Below are positions 1 through 9,700 of a stretch of DNA of 64,000 nt, piece by piece. Position 1 is the first letter of the stretch. Every line of letters starts with the position of its first letter. A program made the position numbers and the translations under genes. The stretch is from IMG/VR virus record IMGVR_UViG_3300044949_002487. One strand, 5' to 3'. This DNA comes from an uncultured virus (IMG/VR IMGVR_UViG_3300044949_002487) (lineage: Duplodnaviria > Heunggongvirae > Uroviricota > Caudoviricetes). The notes beneath the pieces were generated by a model, which had not been told where the DNA came from, did not search any database, and saw nothing but the letters and a program-made list of their open reading frames with translations.

Positions 1-105
1 GCGCTGGCTGGCCTGACTCCCGAAGCACAACACAAGCTCCAAGATTTGGGTCTTTGGGGCGGAATGATGCACGCCGTTATGCCGCCGCTCTTTCGGGGGT
101 ATTAG
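1..105 (+). CDS. 3' end of a gene truncated by the window edge (…HKLQDLGLWGGMMHAVMPPLFRGY*)
   Basis: Frame 1 is open from base 1 to TAG at 103-105, on the same strand as all other genes. Confidence 0.5.
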   Translation, partial: ALAGLTPEAQHKLQDLGLWGGMMHAVMPPLFRGY

Positions 106-107
106 CC

Positions 108-136
108 TTGCGAAAACTGGGTAGCGGTGGCAGAAT
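108..136 (+). promoter_or_regulatory. Possible sigma70-type promoter (TTGCGA-N17-CAGAAT, TG extension)
   Basis: Intergenic region upstream of 167; 17-nt spacer; weak match only. Confidence 0.3.
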
Positions 137-166
137 AGCGCGACCACGTAACAGGAGAAAATAGCT

Positions 167-535
167 ATGGCAACTAGGAAGCCGATTTCGTCAATTCGTG
201 CAGAGCTGCGAGAGCTGGGCGAGGCCGCTGATGAGGTGGCGCCGTCGGGCTCGAATGATTGGTTCACCCCCGAGTTTTGGACGATGGTCGTCTCGGCCAT
301 CACTAATCTTGTCGCGGTGGGCGTTGTGCTCGGCTGGGTCAGCTCGAGCGACGCCGAGGCGCTCAACAAGAGCCTCGCCGCGCTGCTTGGCGCCGCGCAG
401 GTCATCGTCGTGAACGCGGCGATTGTCTGGAAGTACATCTCGGCCCGCGTGGCTGTGCGTGAGGCCATGATCGACGCGCGCTACCGGTACATGGAAGCGA
501 TTGCGGTCGAGCGCATTCGCGCCGAGAAGGAATGA
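167..535 (+). CDS. Small two-TM membrane protein, holin-like
   Basis: AGGAG RBS; two hydrophobic segments (FWTMVVSAITNLVAVGVVLGWV; LAALLGAAQVIVVNAAIVW); charged C-terminus. Confidence 0.5.
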   Translation: MATRKPISSIRAELRELGEAADEVAPSGSNDWFTPEFWTMVVSAITNLVAVGVVLGWVSSSDAEALNKSLAALLGAAQVIVVNAAIVWKYISARVAVREAMIDARYRYMEAIAVERIRAEKE

Positions 536-536
536 C

Positions 537-950
537 ATGACTCCCGATGATCTCCAGGAGCGGATCGAGAATTCTCCAGCGCTGAAAAAGCTGCGTAACC
601 GACTTCAGGATGAAATCGCGTTTCGCGCTCCGCAGGGCTACGAGTTCAGTCCGCTCCTGGTGATCTCGGTCATCTCGATCATTGTTCAGATTGTGATTCA
701 CTGTCGCGAGCAACGTAAAGCCAGTGAAATTCGATTGGATATGCGCGACCTGCGCAACCTCGGCCCGCTCGGCACCGCACGTTTGCGGCGCCAACTCAAC
801 AAGCTGTGGCGCGACCACGGCCCGGCCGACTTGATACAATCAGAGAATCCACTGCTGGAGGCCGTTTATGACCTCAGCGACAGCGCCGACGATGAGGCAA
901 TCGACGAGCTGCTGTGGCTGGGTGATCGATACAAGCCGCCCGGCGATTAA
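537..950 (+). CDS. Hypothetical protein with one hydrophobic helix
   Basis: ATG directly after the upstream stop; segment PLLVISVISIIVQIVIHC. Confidence 0.7.
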   Translation: MTPDDLQERIENSPALKKLRNRLQDEIAFRAPQGYEFSPLLVISVISIIVQIVIHCREQRKASEIRLDMRDLRNLGPLGTARLRRQLNKLWRDHGPADLIQSENPLLEAVYDLSDSADDEAIDELLWLGDRYKPPGD

Positions 951-979
951 CCGTATTTCTCGCATGGACGCGAATTATC

Positions 980-1789
980 ATGGCAAGGATGCCATCAAAT
1001 CACGTTCTGCCGACCGGAGAAATTCTTCGGAAACTGTTCGCCTTCGGGTATTTCGGCACGAAAACCTGGGCGCAGGCACGGCAGCTTAAGGGCGCGGAGC
1101 TAACGCGCGCCATCCGCGAGTACCAGCGCTTTCATGGCCTGGATCCGGATGGCCGAGTCGACGAGACCACGGCGCACGTGCTTGAGCGTCGCCGCTGCGG
1201 TCTGCCCGACTTCAATTTTTCAGCGGGCGATCAGGTCTGCAAGTGGCCGCACAAGGCGATCACGTATCACCAGAAAATTGTGCTGCCTGGTATCAACGCC
1301 GAGCAAGCGAAGCAGGCGTTCGACATTGCTTTTGGCCAGTGGGCGCGTGTTTGCGACATTGAGCCGGAGTACGTCGAAGATCCCAAAAAGGCCAACATCT
1401 TGGCCCGTTCGGGCAAGGGTAAGAAGCAAGGCTTGGACGCGCGCGGCGGCACTCTGGCGTGGAGTGAGCTGCCCTGCGGCGTTCACGAAAACATCCAGCT
1501 CGACCAGATGTTTGACGAGGCGGAGGCCTGGAGCTTCAACATGGCCGTCGCTGTAATTTGCCACGAGCTGGGTCACGCGCTGGGCCTGCCGCATCTGGCC
1601 AACGGCAACCTGATGGCGCCTTACTACGACCCAAATGTTACGGAGCCCCAAGAAGGCGACATCCGCGAAATTCAGGATCTGTACGGCAAGCGCAAGGTGC
1701 CGTACTCCAGACTCAAGGACGCCTCGATCGAGCTGGGCGGCACGATTATGATCAACGGCAAGCCGTACGTTCTCGTACCAAAGACATAA
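980..1789 (+). CDS. Matrixin-family (M10, MMP-like) zinc metalloprotease with PG-binding-like pro-domain
   Basis: HELGHALGLPH (HExxHxxGxxH), Met-turn LMAP, cysteine-switch-like RRCGLPD, and N-terminal IREYQRFHGLDPDGRVD. Confidence 0.9.
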   Translation: MARMPSNHVLPTGEILRKLFAFGYFGTKTWAQARQLKGAELTRAIREYQRFHGLDPDGRVDETTAHVLERRRCGLPDFNFSAGDQVCKWPHKAITYHQKIVLPGINAEQAKQAFDIAFGQWARVCDIEPEYVEDPKKANILARSGKGKKQGLDARGGTLAWSELPCGVHENIQLDQMFDEAEAWSFNMAVAVICHELGHALGLPHLANGNLMAPYYDPNVTEPQEGDIREIQDLYGKRKVPYSRLKDASIELGGTIMINGKPYVLVPKT

Positions 1790-1836
1790 ACTTTTGCTAG
1801 ACTCTGTCCCCTACGGCAGATTTGTATGGAGACGCC

Positions 1837-2133
1837 ATGACTACCTTTCAATTGCTCGCGCTGTTGGTGTTCGCCGGTGTGGTCCTCGCGGCCTACGGCA
1901 AAGATATCTATGGCTGGGTTAAAACCCGCCTCCCCAAGCTCCCCGAGCCGGGTGTCAACCCCGCCAAGCCGGTGACGCCTGATGAGCCCACGGGCGACGT
2001 GCTGGTGGACGACCTGCTCGATATTGCCGCGCTGCGCGACCGGTTTGAGGACGAGGGTTGCACCGAGGGCGTCGAGGCCTGTTCGCTGCTGCTGAAGATT
2101 CTGATCGACCACAAGCATCCGCACGCGGGGTGA
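1837..2133 (+). CDS. Small membrane-anchored protein
   Basis: GGAG RBS; N-terminal TM FQLLALLVFAGVVLAAY. Confidence 0.7.
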   Translation: MTTFQLLALLVFAGVVLAAYGKDIYGWVKTRLPKLPEPGVNPAKPVTPDEPTGDVLVDDLLDIAALRDRFEDEGCTEGVEACSLLLKILIDHKHPHAG

Positions 2134-2138
2134 CCACT

Positions 2139-2648
2139 ATGAAGAAGCTCATTTGGCCTGCCGGGCTCCTGCTCGCCTTTGCCCTGTTGTTCCCGAACGG
2201 CATCACCGTCAAGGTGCCGTCAGGTCCTGTGCTGCCCGTAACGCCGGTCACGCCCGTCGTGCCACCTGCGCCGCCGGAGCCCGCAGTGGCGACGGACGCC
2301 AAGATCGTCGAGCTGCTCGCCAATGCGTCGCCCGCGGACAAAGGTCGGGTGCGCGGCGTCTACTCGGCGATGGTGACTGTCCTGCAGCGTGACAGCAAAA
2401 CGGGGCTGCTCAAGACGACCGAGCAAGTGGCATTGTGGCAAGAGAACACGCTCAAGAACGCCATTGATGACACGATGCGCGGTAAGTATCCCGGGCTCGA
2501 CGTCGCGATTGAAGCCGTATTTGACAGAAAGCTGCGCGAGCTAGACCCAGAAGGTAAGCGCGACCCCAAGGACGTGCAGTCCGTGGACGACGCTGTGCGC
2601 GGCAAGCTGATCGAAGCGTGCACGCTAATCGCGAATTCGGCTCGTTAG
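2139..2648 (+). CDS. Secreted or membrane-anchored protein with Pro-rich linker
   Basis: MKKLIWPAGLLLAFALLFP signal-like start; PVTPVTPVVPPAPPEP linker. Confidence 0.7.
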   Translation: MKKLIWPAGLLLAFALLFPNGITVKVPSGPVLPVTPVTPVVPPAPPEPAVATDAKIVELLANASPADKGRVRGVYSAMVTVLQRDSKTGLLKTTEQVALWQENTLKNAIDDTMRGKYPGLDVAIEAVFDRKLRELDPEGKRDPKDVQSVDDAVRGKLIEACTLIANSAR

Positions 2649-2789
2649 CAAAACGAGGCCGACATGACAGCGCTTGTCGTTATATTTGTACTGTACGCAT
2701 GCGCGATTGTGCTCGCGTTGTGGTTGACAGGCGTCAATAACGTTTTGACGCCAAAAAGATTGAGAGTCTCGCAAATCGGGAGAGATGTT

Positions 2790-3185
2790 ATGGCAGATGT
2801 GCTTGTGTATAAGGTGTCCGTCGGCCCCGCGGTCGACAAGGACGTCGTGGAGCGGCAGCTGCTTGTTGCCGTCAATGGCGCCGAGCCGGTTGACGCCGCT
2901 AAGGTGTTTTCGGCCGACGCTACGGATCTCGGCGAAGTCCGCGTGAAGCAGGACGACAAGGTCCTCCTCACGCTGGTCGACGTCGACGACGCTGGCAATC
3001 GCTCGGAGCCCGCGGTGCTCGAGTTCGTGGCCAGCGACACGCTGCCCCCGGCGCAGCCCGGCGCGTTCGGCGTGACGCTTGTGGCCGAGGTCGAGGAAGA
3101 GGTCGAGGTCGAAGAGGACGAGGGTGAAGAGCCCGCCGCCCCCGAGACCCCGGTTGAGCCGGAAGCCCCGGCTGACGAGGCCTGA
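2790..3185 (+). CDS. Beta-rich (Ig/FN3-like) protein with acidic tail; alternative start at 2664
   Basis: GGGAGAG RBS before ATG 2790; DDAGNRSEP motif typical of FN3/Ig-like strands; EEEVEVEEDEGEE tail. Confidence 0.55.
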   Translation: MADVLVYKVSVGPAVDKDVVERQLLVAVNGAEPVDAAKVFSADATDLGEVRVKQDDKVLLTLVDVDDAGNRSEPAVLEFVASDTLPPAQPGAFGVTLVAEVEEEVEVEEDEGEEPAAPETPVEPEAPADEA

Positions 3186-3203
3186 TAACACTGCGAGGTT
3201 GCC

Positions 3204-4229
3204 ATGGACGGCGAAATTTTCTTTGATTCGGTTTTCGACGTACAGAAGGCCTACGAAGAGGGTTTCGTCGGCGCGTTGTGCGACCCTGAGCGTACTGACA
3301 TGCTCAAGGCCGCCATCGCGGAGGCAGGTGGCATTCCCGAAGGCGCGATGGCCTGTTCGGCCTACGGCCTCGAGGAAACTGGCAAAGGAAAGCTCAGCGC
3401 TCCGTTCCTGGATGTTTTTTCGCTCTACCCGGACTGCCTCCCGGGTGGAGCCCAGGGGCGGGGCGACTGTGTTTCGTGGTCAACCCGGAACGCCGGGTTG
3501 GTCACGATGTGTACCGACATTACCAGCGGACTGGCCGACGAGGAGACTGGTAACGTCGAGGGCGCGCCGGAGATCTCCGACAAGGCGCGACTTAACGGCG
3601 TGCTTAGTACTGAAGCGATTTACAATTGGCGTCGGCATGGCGGGGACGGCTGGTTCTGTTCTGACGCCGCCCGCGTCGTCATGAAGGAGTCGGGTCTCTG
3701 GCTCCGCAAAGCGTATCCCGAGATCAAGGTCGACTTCGAGCAGTATTCTGCTCGCGCGGCTGGAATCTACGGCTCTTCGACGCCGCCTAAGTCGTGGCTC
3801 GAGATTGGCCAGCAGCACCTGATTCGTACGACGACTGTTCTGAACAGTTACGAAGAGCTGCGGGACATGCTCGCCAATGGTTATGGCGTTAGTTCCTGCG
3901 GCGGCGAATCCTTCTCGGACCAGCGCGATAGTAACGGCGTCTCAAAGCGCACCGCAAAGGGCTGGGCGCACGCGATGGCCTATATCGCGGCCGATGAGCG
4001 CCCCGAGATTATCGACGTTTACAAAGAACCCCTGATCTGCGTCCAAAACAGCTGGGGAAATTGGAATGATGGAAGTCGCAAGATCATGGACACGAACTTC
4101 CAGATTCCAATTGGTGCTTTCTGGGCGCGTTGGAGCGACCTAAAGAACCGCGACATGATCGCCTTTTCCAGTTTCAACGGCTGGAAGCGAAAGGCGCTGC
4201 GCAGCTGGGGCGCGCTGGGCAACATTTAA
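3204..4229 (+). CDS. Papain-like (C1-family) cysteine peptidase
   Basis: Catalytic motifs QGRGDCVSW (Gln/Cys), GWAHAM (His) and VQNSWG (Asn). Confidence 0.8.
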   Translation: MDGEIFFDSVFDVQKAYEEGFVGALCDPERTDMLKAAIAEAGGIPEGAMACSAYGLEETGKGKLSAPFLDVFSLYPDCLPGGAQGRGDCVSWSTRNAGLVTMCTDITSGLADEETGNVEGAPEISDKARLNGVLSTEAIYNWRRHGGDGWFCSDAARVVMKESGLWLRKAYPEIKVDFEQYSARAAGIYGSSTPPKSWLEIGQQHLIRTTTVLNSYEELRDMLANGYGVSSCGGESFSDQRDSNGVSKRTAKGWAHAMAYIAADERPEIIDVYKEPLICVQNSWGNWNDGSRKIMDTNFQIPIGAFWARWSDLKNRDMIAFSSFNGWKRKALRSWGALGNI

Positions 4230-4252
4230 CTCTGGGTCCGGGAGACGTTAAC

Positions 4253-4735
4253 ATGTTTGAGTGGCTCTTTCTGCTGTTCACTCCAGCGGTGCCTTATGCA
4301 GCCCCAGCGCCCGCTCCCGACTATATCGGCATGGTCGCTGCAGAGGCTGCTTATGCTTCTCTGCTTTCTAGCGCGCCCGAGCCCAAGCCCGACGACCCGG
4401 CCCCGCGGCCCGTCGATCCAAATTGCCCGACCTGCAAAGGAACCGGCAAGGTGCGTTCCGGCGACGGAATCTCGTGGACGAAGTGCCCGACCTGTCAGCC
4501 GCTAACAGCTCCGGCCGAGCTGCCGCGCGCGAAGTCTACGCTTCCGCCAGGGCCGTTTGCAAAGCCGCAGCACACGTCAGAGTCAGCCGCACCAAAGCTT
4601 CCATTAATTACCGCACCGGCGCCTTGCGCTAGCGGAAAATGCCCAGTAGAAAAAGCGGCGCCTACGGCGCCGCTTTCTGGCATCCCACTTATTCCGGTGC
4701 CTGTGTCGCCGAGGCGGCTTTTTCGGAGAAAGTGA
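4253..4735 (+). CDS. Signal-peptide protein with DnaJ-type CxxCxGxG zinc knuckle
   Basis: Hydrophobic N-terminus; CPTCKGTG…CPTC; CASGKCP. Confidence 0.65.
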   Translation: MFEWLFLLFTPAVPYAAPAPAPDYIGMVAAEAAYASLLSSAPEPKPDDPAPRPVDPNCPTCKGTGKVRSGDGISWTKCPTCQPLTAPAELPRAKSTLPPGPFAKPQHTSESAAPKLPLITAPAPCASGKCPVEKAAPTAPLSGIPLIPVPVSPRRLFRRK

Positions 4736-4738
4736 TTA

Positions 4739-5227
4739 ATGCCCACTGAAAACACCGTCGGAAAGTGCTACACCTTCCGCGGTCTAAAGTTTTACGCCAA
4801 GAACGGTTACGTCTGTCTCCACGACGAAGAGACTGGCGAATTCTTTGTGCTGAACCGCAAAGAGTTTTTACAGCGCGCCCAGGCGCTCTCCGACGAGGCT
4901 AAGCGGCTGCGGCAACAGGCTGTCCAGAATCCCGGAAAAGGCTGGATTCTCGCCGACCGTTTGGAGTTACAGCAGGCAATTGAGAACATGGTAGCGTGCT
5001 GCCACGAGGCAAAAGAACAGGGCGACCGGAATGATCCGGAGGTCGCCGCCTGGTTCGCCCGCCATCGGCCGCACAAGCGAGGTCGGGTGTCGATGGCTGG
5101 CGCGGCGAACTTTTCGACCGTGCTGCCGGGCAATCTGCCCCTGGGGCAGAACACCGGCAAGCTCGTCACGCCGGACTTCTCGCTCGGTCAGAGCCCGAAA
5201 AAACTGATATTGCCAGGAGAATTCTGA
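4739..5227 (+). CDS. Hypothetical protein
   Basis: Operon-packed ORF; its stop overlaps the next start. Confidence 0.75.
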   Translation: MPTENTVGKCYTFRGLKFYAKNGYVCLHDEETGEFFVLNRKEFLQRAQALSDEAKRLRQQAVQNPGKGWILADRLELQQAIENMVACCHEAKEQGDRNDPEVAAWFARHRPHKRGRVSMAGAANFSTVLPGNLPLGQNTGKLVTPDFSLGQSPKKLILPGEF

Positions 5228-5571
5228 TGGACGACGCCCACCTGTTCAAGCTCGGCTTTTTGACGCGCTGCGCTGAGGAAGGCCTGACCGGCGAGGAGCT
5301 GGAGGCACGGCTGTCCCGTGTTAGCGAGTTTAATGAAAAAGCCGCTGGTGTCGTGGGCGATATTGCCACGGCTGCAGGCGGCATTGCCGGACTGCCCGTG
5401 GCGGCCTCGCTCTTGGGCGGTGGCGCACTTGGCTATGGCGCGGCTAAACTGACCGCGCCAAAGCTCGATGACGACGAGATGAAGAACCAGGAGCTGATCA
5501 ACACCTACAAGGTGATGGCAGCCCGAGCGCGATCTCGTCGGAAACTGCGGGAGTATCGTACTGCCCGCTAA
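5227..5571 (+). CDS. Glycine-zipper protein, putative inner-head/ejection protein
   Basis: FKLGF N-terminal motif, then EKAA, then GGIAGLPVAASLLGGGALGYGAA. Confidence 0.6.
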   Translation: MDDAHLFKLGFLTRCAEEGLTGEELEARLSRVSEFNEKAAGVVGDIATAAGGIAGLPVAASLLGGGALGYGAAKLTAPKLDDDEMKNQELINTYKVMAARARSRRKLREYRTAR

Positions 5572-5589
5572 CACTGAAGGAGCAGTGCG

Positions 5590-5946
5590 ATGAGTCTTCG
5601 TAAGTTTCACAGCGAAATGGGCGGCCCGCAGCACGGCGGGGAGCGCCTGAATTGGCCGGGCACGATGGACGGGTTTCCCGTGATCGGACCCCAGGGCACG
5701 ATGGCCAATATCAAGCAAGAGGAGCTAGAAAACCTCGAGCTGCGCTATGACTATCGCTCAAAGATGTTCCTGCTCTGGGAATCCGCGGCGAAAACCGAGT
5801 TTGACGACGTAAATGATAAGATAGTGAACGGTTGGTACCGCCTGCTGAAGCGGGCGGACGTTTACGACGAAGAAAACAAACACTACCGCGTATGGCTGGA
5901 ATGGGCCCAGGTCTACGGGATGATTCCGCCGAAGGCAACGTCATGA
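5590..5946 (+). CDS. Hypothetical protein
   Basis: AAGGAG RBS; ATGA overlap with the next gene. Confidence 0.75.
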   Translation: MSLRKFHSEMGGPQHGGERLNWPGTMDGFPVIGPQGTMANIKQEELENLELRYDYRSKMFLLWESAAKTEFDDVNDKIVNGWYRLLKRADVYDEENKHYRVWLEWAQVYGMIPPKATS

Positions 5947-6755
5947 GCAATACCGAAAAGTCAGCTGGAATCTTTGGTGGGCCGTCTTCTGCGGAGAAAG
6001 AGCAGCTGCTCCAGCAGTTTTACGGCAAGCGGCTTCTGTCGAGCGTTGGTGCTGGCGCCGGGCTGGGCCTGGGCGCGTCGGCGCTGTACCACCTGCTCCG
6101 GAGCGCCAAGCCCGAGGGGAAAAAGGAAAAGAAGTACCCGAGCTATGGCTCGGGTACTCCGATGATTGCCAAGGAAGCCTTCGACCTGAACAACATTTCG
6201 GAGTCGGTCGGCAAAGTTCTTCCCAAGACGATGGTGCCGTTTAGCCCGACGGTGCCCGGCCGTGGTCCCGCGCCTTCAGCCGATCCGCACCCGTGGCGGA
6301 AAAGCTGGAGCACCGCCGCGAACATCGGCGGCGCTGCGCTGGGCACGTACGCGGGAGCTAAGCTGATCAATTCGCTCGTGAAAGCCAAGAAGAAGCGCGA
6401 CAACGAAGCCGCGCTCGAGGCAGCCCGGGCTGAGTACTACGGCGCGCTTACTGGAAAAAACGCCAGTGTTCTCAACACTGCTTTTGAGCAGGTCAAACAG
6501 GCGAACGTTCTTTCGACCACGGCCAGCGCGCTGTGGAACACGCCGCAAACGCTCCGCACGGCCTACCTGCTCACGCTCCTAGGCGCAGGCGGCCTCGGCG
6601 CTAAGTACATGTACGACCGCACCAGCCAGCTCACTGAAGGCGAGAACCTGGCCAAGGCCCAGGCATCGCGTGCCCGGACAAAGGGCTTGCCGCCCGTGTG
6701 GGTCGACCCGGAGTCGCTCGCGCATATCAAGTCGACTGCTGAGTCCAATGAGTAA
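5943..6755 (+). CDS. Multi glycine-zipper protein, putative inner-head/ejection protein
   Basis: Three Gly-rich hydrophobic helices, each preceded by a KxA motif (EKSA, AKEA, VKQA). Confidence 0.6.
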   Translation: MSNTEKSAGIFGGPSSAEKEQLLQQFYGKRLLSSVGAGAGLGLGASALYHLLRSAKPEGKKEKKYPSYGSGTPMIAKEAFDLNNISESVGKVLPKTMVPFSPTVPGRGPAPSADPHPWRKSWSTAANIGGAALGTYAGAKLINSLVKAKKKRDNEAALEAARAEYYGALTGKNASVLNTAFEQVKQANVLSTTASALWNTPQTLRTAYLLTLLGAGGLGAKYMYDRTSQLTEGENLAKAQASRARTKGLPPVWVDPESLAHIKSTAESNE

Positions 6756-6760
6756 GCGCA

Positions 6761-9700
6761 ATGCCAGACTCGATCCTCGGGCAGACACCGCCGCAACAGC
6801 GCGCATTTGGTGACATCAACGCGCTCCGGTCGAGCATCTTCGACCGAGCTATGCAGAGCGCGTCGTCGATCGAGCCGATTAAGAACGACCTCTACACGCT
6901 CCAACTCGGAGACGTGAAGTACACGGGCGCCGAGCGCTTCAACAAGCGCGACCAGAAGCGGGCCATTCTCACTGGCAACTCGCTCCACCGGCGGCTCACG
7001 GGCACCTGGAACCTGATCGACAACGCCACCGGGCAGCCGATCGCCAGCCGTCAGCAGACGATTGCCCACGTGCCGTACCTCACCGACTCCGGCACGTTTG
7101 TGAACCGGGGCGTCGAGTACACCCTGGCGCACCAGATGCGGCTTAAGGCTGGCGTCTACACACGCGAGAAAGACAACGGCGAGCTGGAGGCGCACGTCAA
7201 CGTGCTGCCCGGCAAGGGCCGTATGCACCGGTACTTCCTCGACCCGAAGACCGGCGTGATGAAGATCAATATCGGACAGGCCCAGATTCCGCTGATGCCG
7301 CTGCTCAAAGCGCTCGGCGCCAAAGACGCCGACATCCGCGGCGCCTGGGGAAACGAGATCACTGCCGTCAACATGGAAAAAGGCGACGCTGGCACGCTCG
7401 ACAAGCTGTATCAGCGCTTGGTCTACAAGCAGACCCCGGGCTTGGATGCCGCCGCTAAGCAGCAGGCGATTGCAGCCGAGTTTGCCCGGATGGAACTCGA
7501 TCCTGACGTTACGCGACGCACGCTGGGGAAGGAATACAAAAACCTGACCCCCGACGCAATTCTTGACATCACAAAAAAGCTTATCGCCGTTAATCGCAAA
7601 GAGTCCGACCCGGACGACCGCGACTCGATGGCCTACCAATCTGTCGTCGGGCCTGAAGACCTGATCGCCGAACGGTTTAGCAAAGACAAGCAAAGCCTGC
7701 GCAAGCTGCTCTGGAAAGCGACCGCCAAAAAGAGCCTTGATCACGTCCCGACTGGTTTCTTTAACAAGTCGATCACGGCGGCTTTGATCGGCTCTGGTCT
7801 GGGTTCCAGCCTGGAAGAAATCAACCCGGCCGAGATCTTTGACCATCAGAACCGCGTGACCCGGATGGGTGAGGGCGGCATCGGCTCGCTCGACGCCGTT
7901 CCTGTGGAGTCTCGCGCTGTGCAGCCCAGCCACCTCGGCTACATCGACTTCTTGCGCACTCCTGAATCTGGCAAGGCGGGCGTTGATATGCGCTTCGCGC
8001 GTGGCGCCGTAAAAGGCGCCGACGGCAAGATTTATACGCCTGTGCGCAACATGCAGACCGGCGAGCAGGAGTACAAGACCCCCGGCGAGCTGGCCGAAAT
8101 GCCTGTGGCGTTTCCTGGCGAGGAAAAGACAAACCTACCGATGGTGGCGGCGCTCGTGAGCGGCAAGATGAAGTACATGCCGCGCGAGGAGGTTCAATAC
8201 TCGCTGCCCCATATGGACAACACGTTCTCGGCGCTTTCGAACATGCTCCCTCTGAAGAGCATGATCAAAGGTCAGCGTGCGATCATGGGTAGCCGCATGT
8301 TCACCCAAGCGCTACCACTCAACGACGCTGAATCGCCGTTCGTACAGTCCGCTGTGGTTGACAAAGACGGGATCTCTCACGAAGACGAGATGGGCGAGCG
8401 ACTCGGCGCTGTGAAGGCGCAATTTCATGGCCAGGTCGTCTCTGTCTCTCCTGATGAGATCGTGCTGCGCGACAAGGATGGCAACAAATCGACCGTCGAT
8501 CTGTACAACGATCACCCGTTCAACCGGAAGACGTTCTGGCACCAGACGCCAGCTGTGCAGCCCGGCGAAACGATCAAGCCGGGGCAGCTTCTCGCTCACT
8601 CAAACTTCACTGACAAGCAGGGCTCGGCGGCGCTCGGCAAAAACCTCCGCGTGGGCTATCTCCCATTTAAGGGCCGAGTCTACGAAGACGCCGTGGTGAT
8701 CAGCGAGTCGGCGGCCAAAAAGCTCACCAGCCAGCACATGTACCAGCATGAAGCTGAGTGGACCGACAACACGCACGTCGGCAAGAAGGCGTTCATGTCG
8801 CTCTTTCCGACCGAGTACGACAAGAAGACGCTGGAGAACTTCGACGACAAGGGCGCCATTCAAAAGGGCGCGGTCGTGAACTTCGGCGATCCGCTTGTGC
8901 TGCAGGCCAAAGCCAAAGAGACGACCTATGGTAAGGTGCACCGCGGGCGAGCTGGTAACTTCTCAAACGAGACAATTACCTGGGACCACCACTCGCCGGG
9001 CATCGTCACGGACGTCGAGCACACTGACAAGGGCGTCTCGGTCGTGGTGAAGAGCACCGCGGAAATGCAGGTGGGCGACAAGCTCACTGGACGTTTCGGC
9101 GACAAGGGCGTGGTGTCCGAGATCGTTCCAGACCACCAGATGCCGCACGATAAAGACGGCAACCCGATGGAGGTCTTGGTTTCGCCGCTGGGGCTTATCT
9201 CCCGCGTGAACGCCTCCCAGGTCATCGAAGCCGCGCTGGGCAAGGTCGCCGCGAAGACCGGGCAGCCGTTCAAGATGAAAGACTTCGACGACGAGAAGGA
9301 CATTGTTGAGTTTGCGCAAAACGAGCTTGGGAAGCACGGCCTCTCTGATACTGAGGACGTTATTGATCCGGAGACCGGTCGTAAGATCAAGGGCGTGCTG
9401 ACCGGCCACCGGTTCTTTATGAAGCTCCACCATACGTCGGAGTCCAAGGGGCAGGGTCGCGCGATGGGCAGCTACACCGCCGAGGGCACTCCGGCGAAGG
9501 GCGGCTCAGAAGGCGCCAAGCGCGTCGGCATGCTGGACCTGGGCGCACTGCTTAGTCACGGCGCCGGAAAGGTCATCCGCGACGCGAAGATGGTCCGCGG
9601 CCAGGCGAACCCCGAGTACTGGTCGCAGTTCATGTCGGGTTACACCCCGCCGCTTCCCAAAGTCCCCCACGTTTACGAGAAGTTCGTGGACCAGCTGCGT

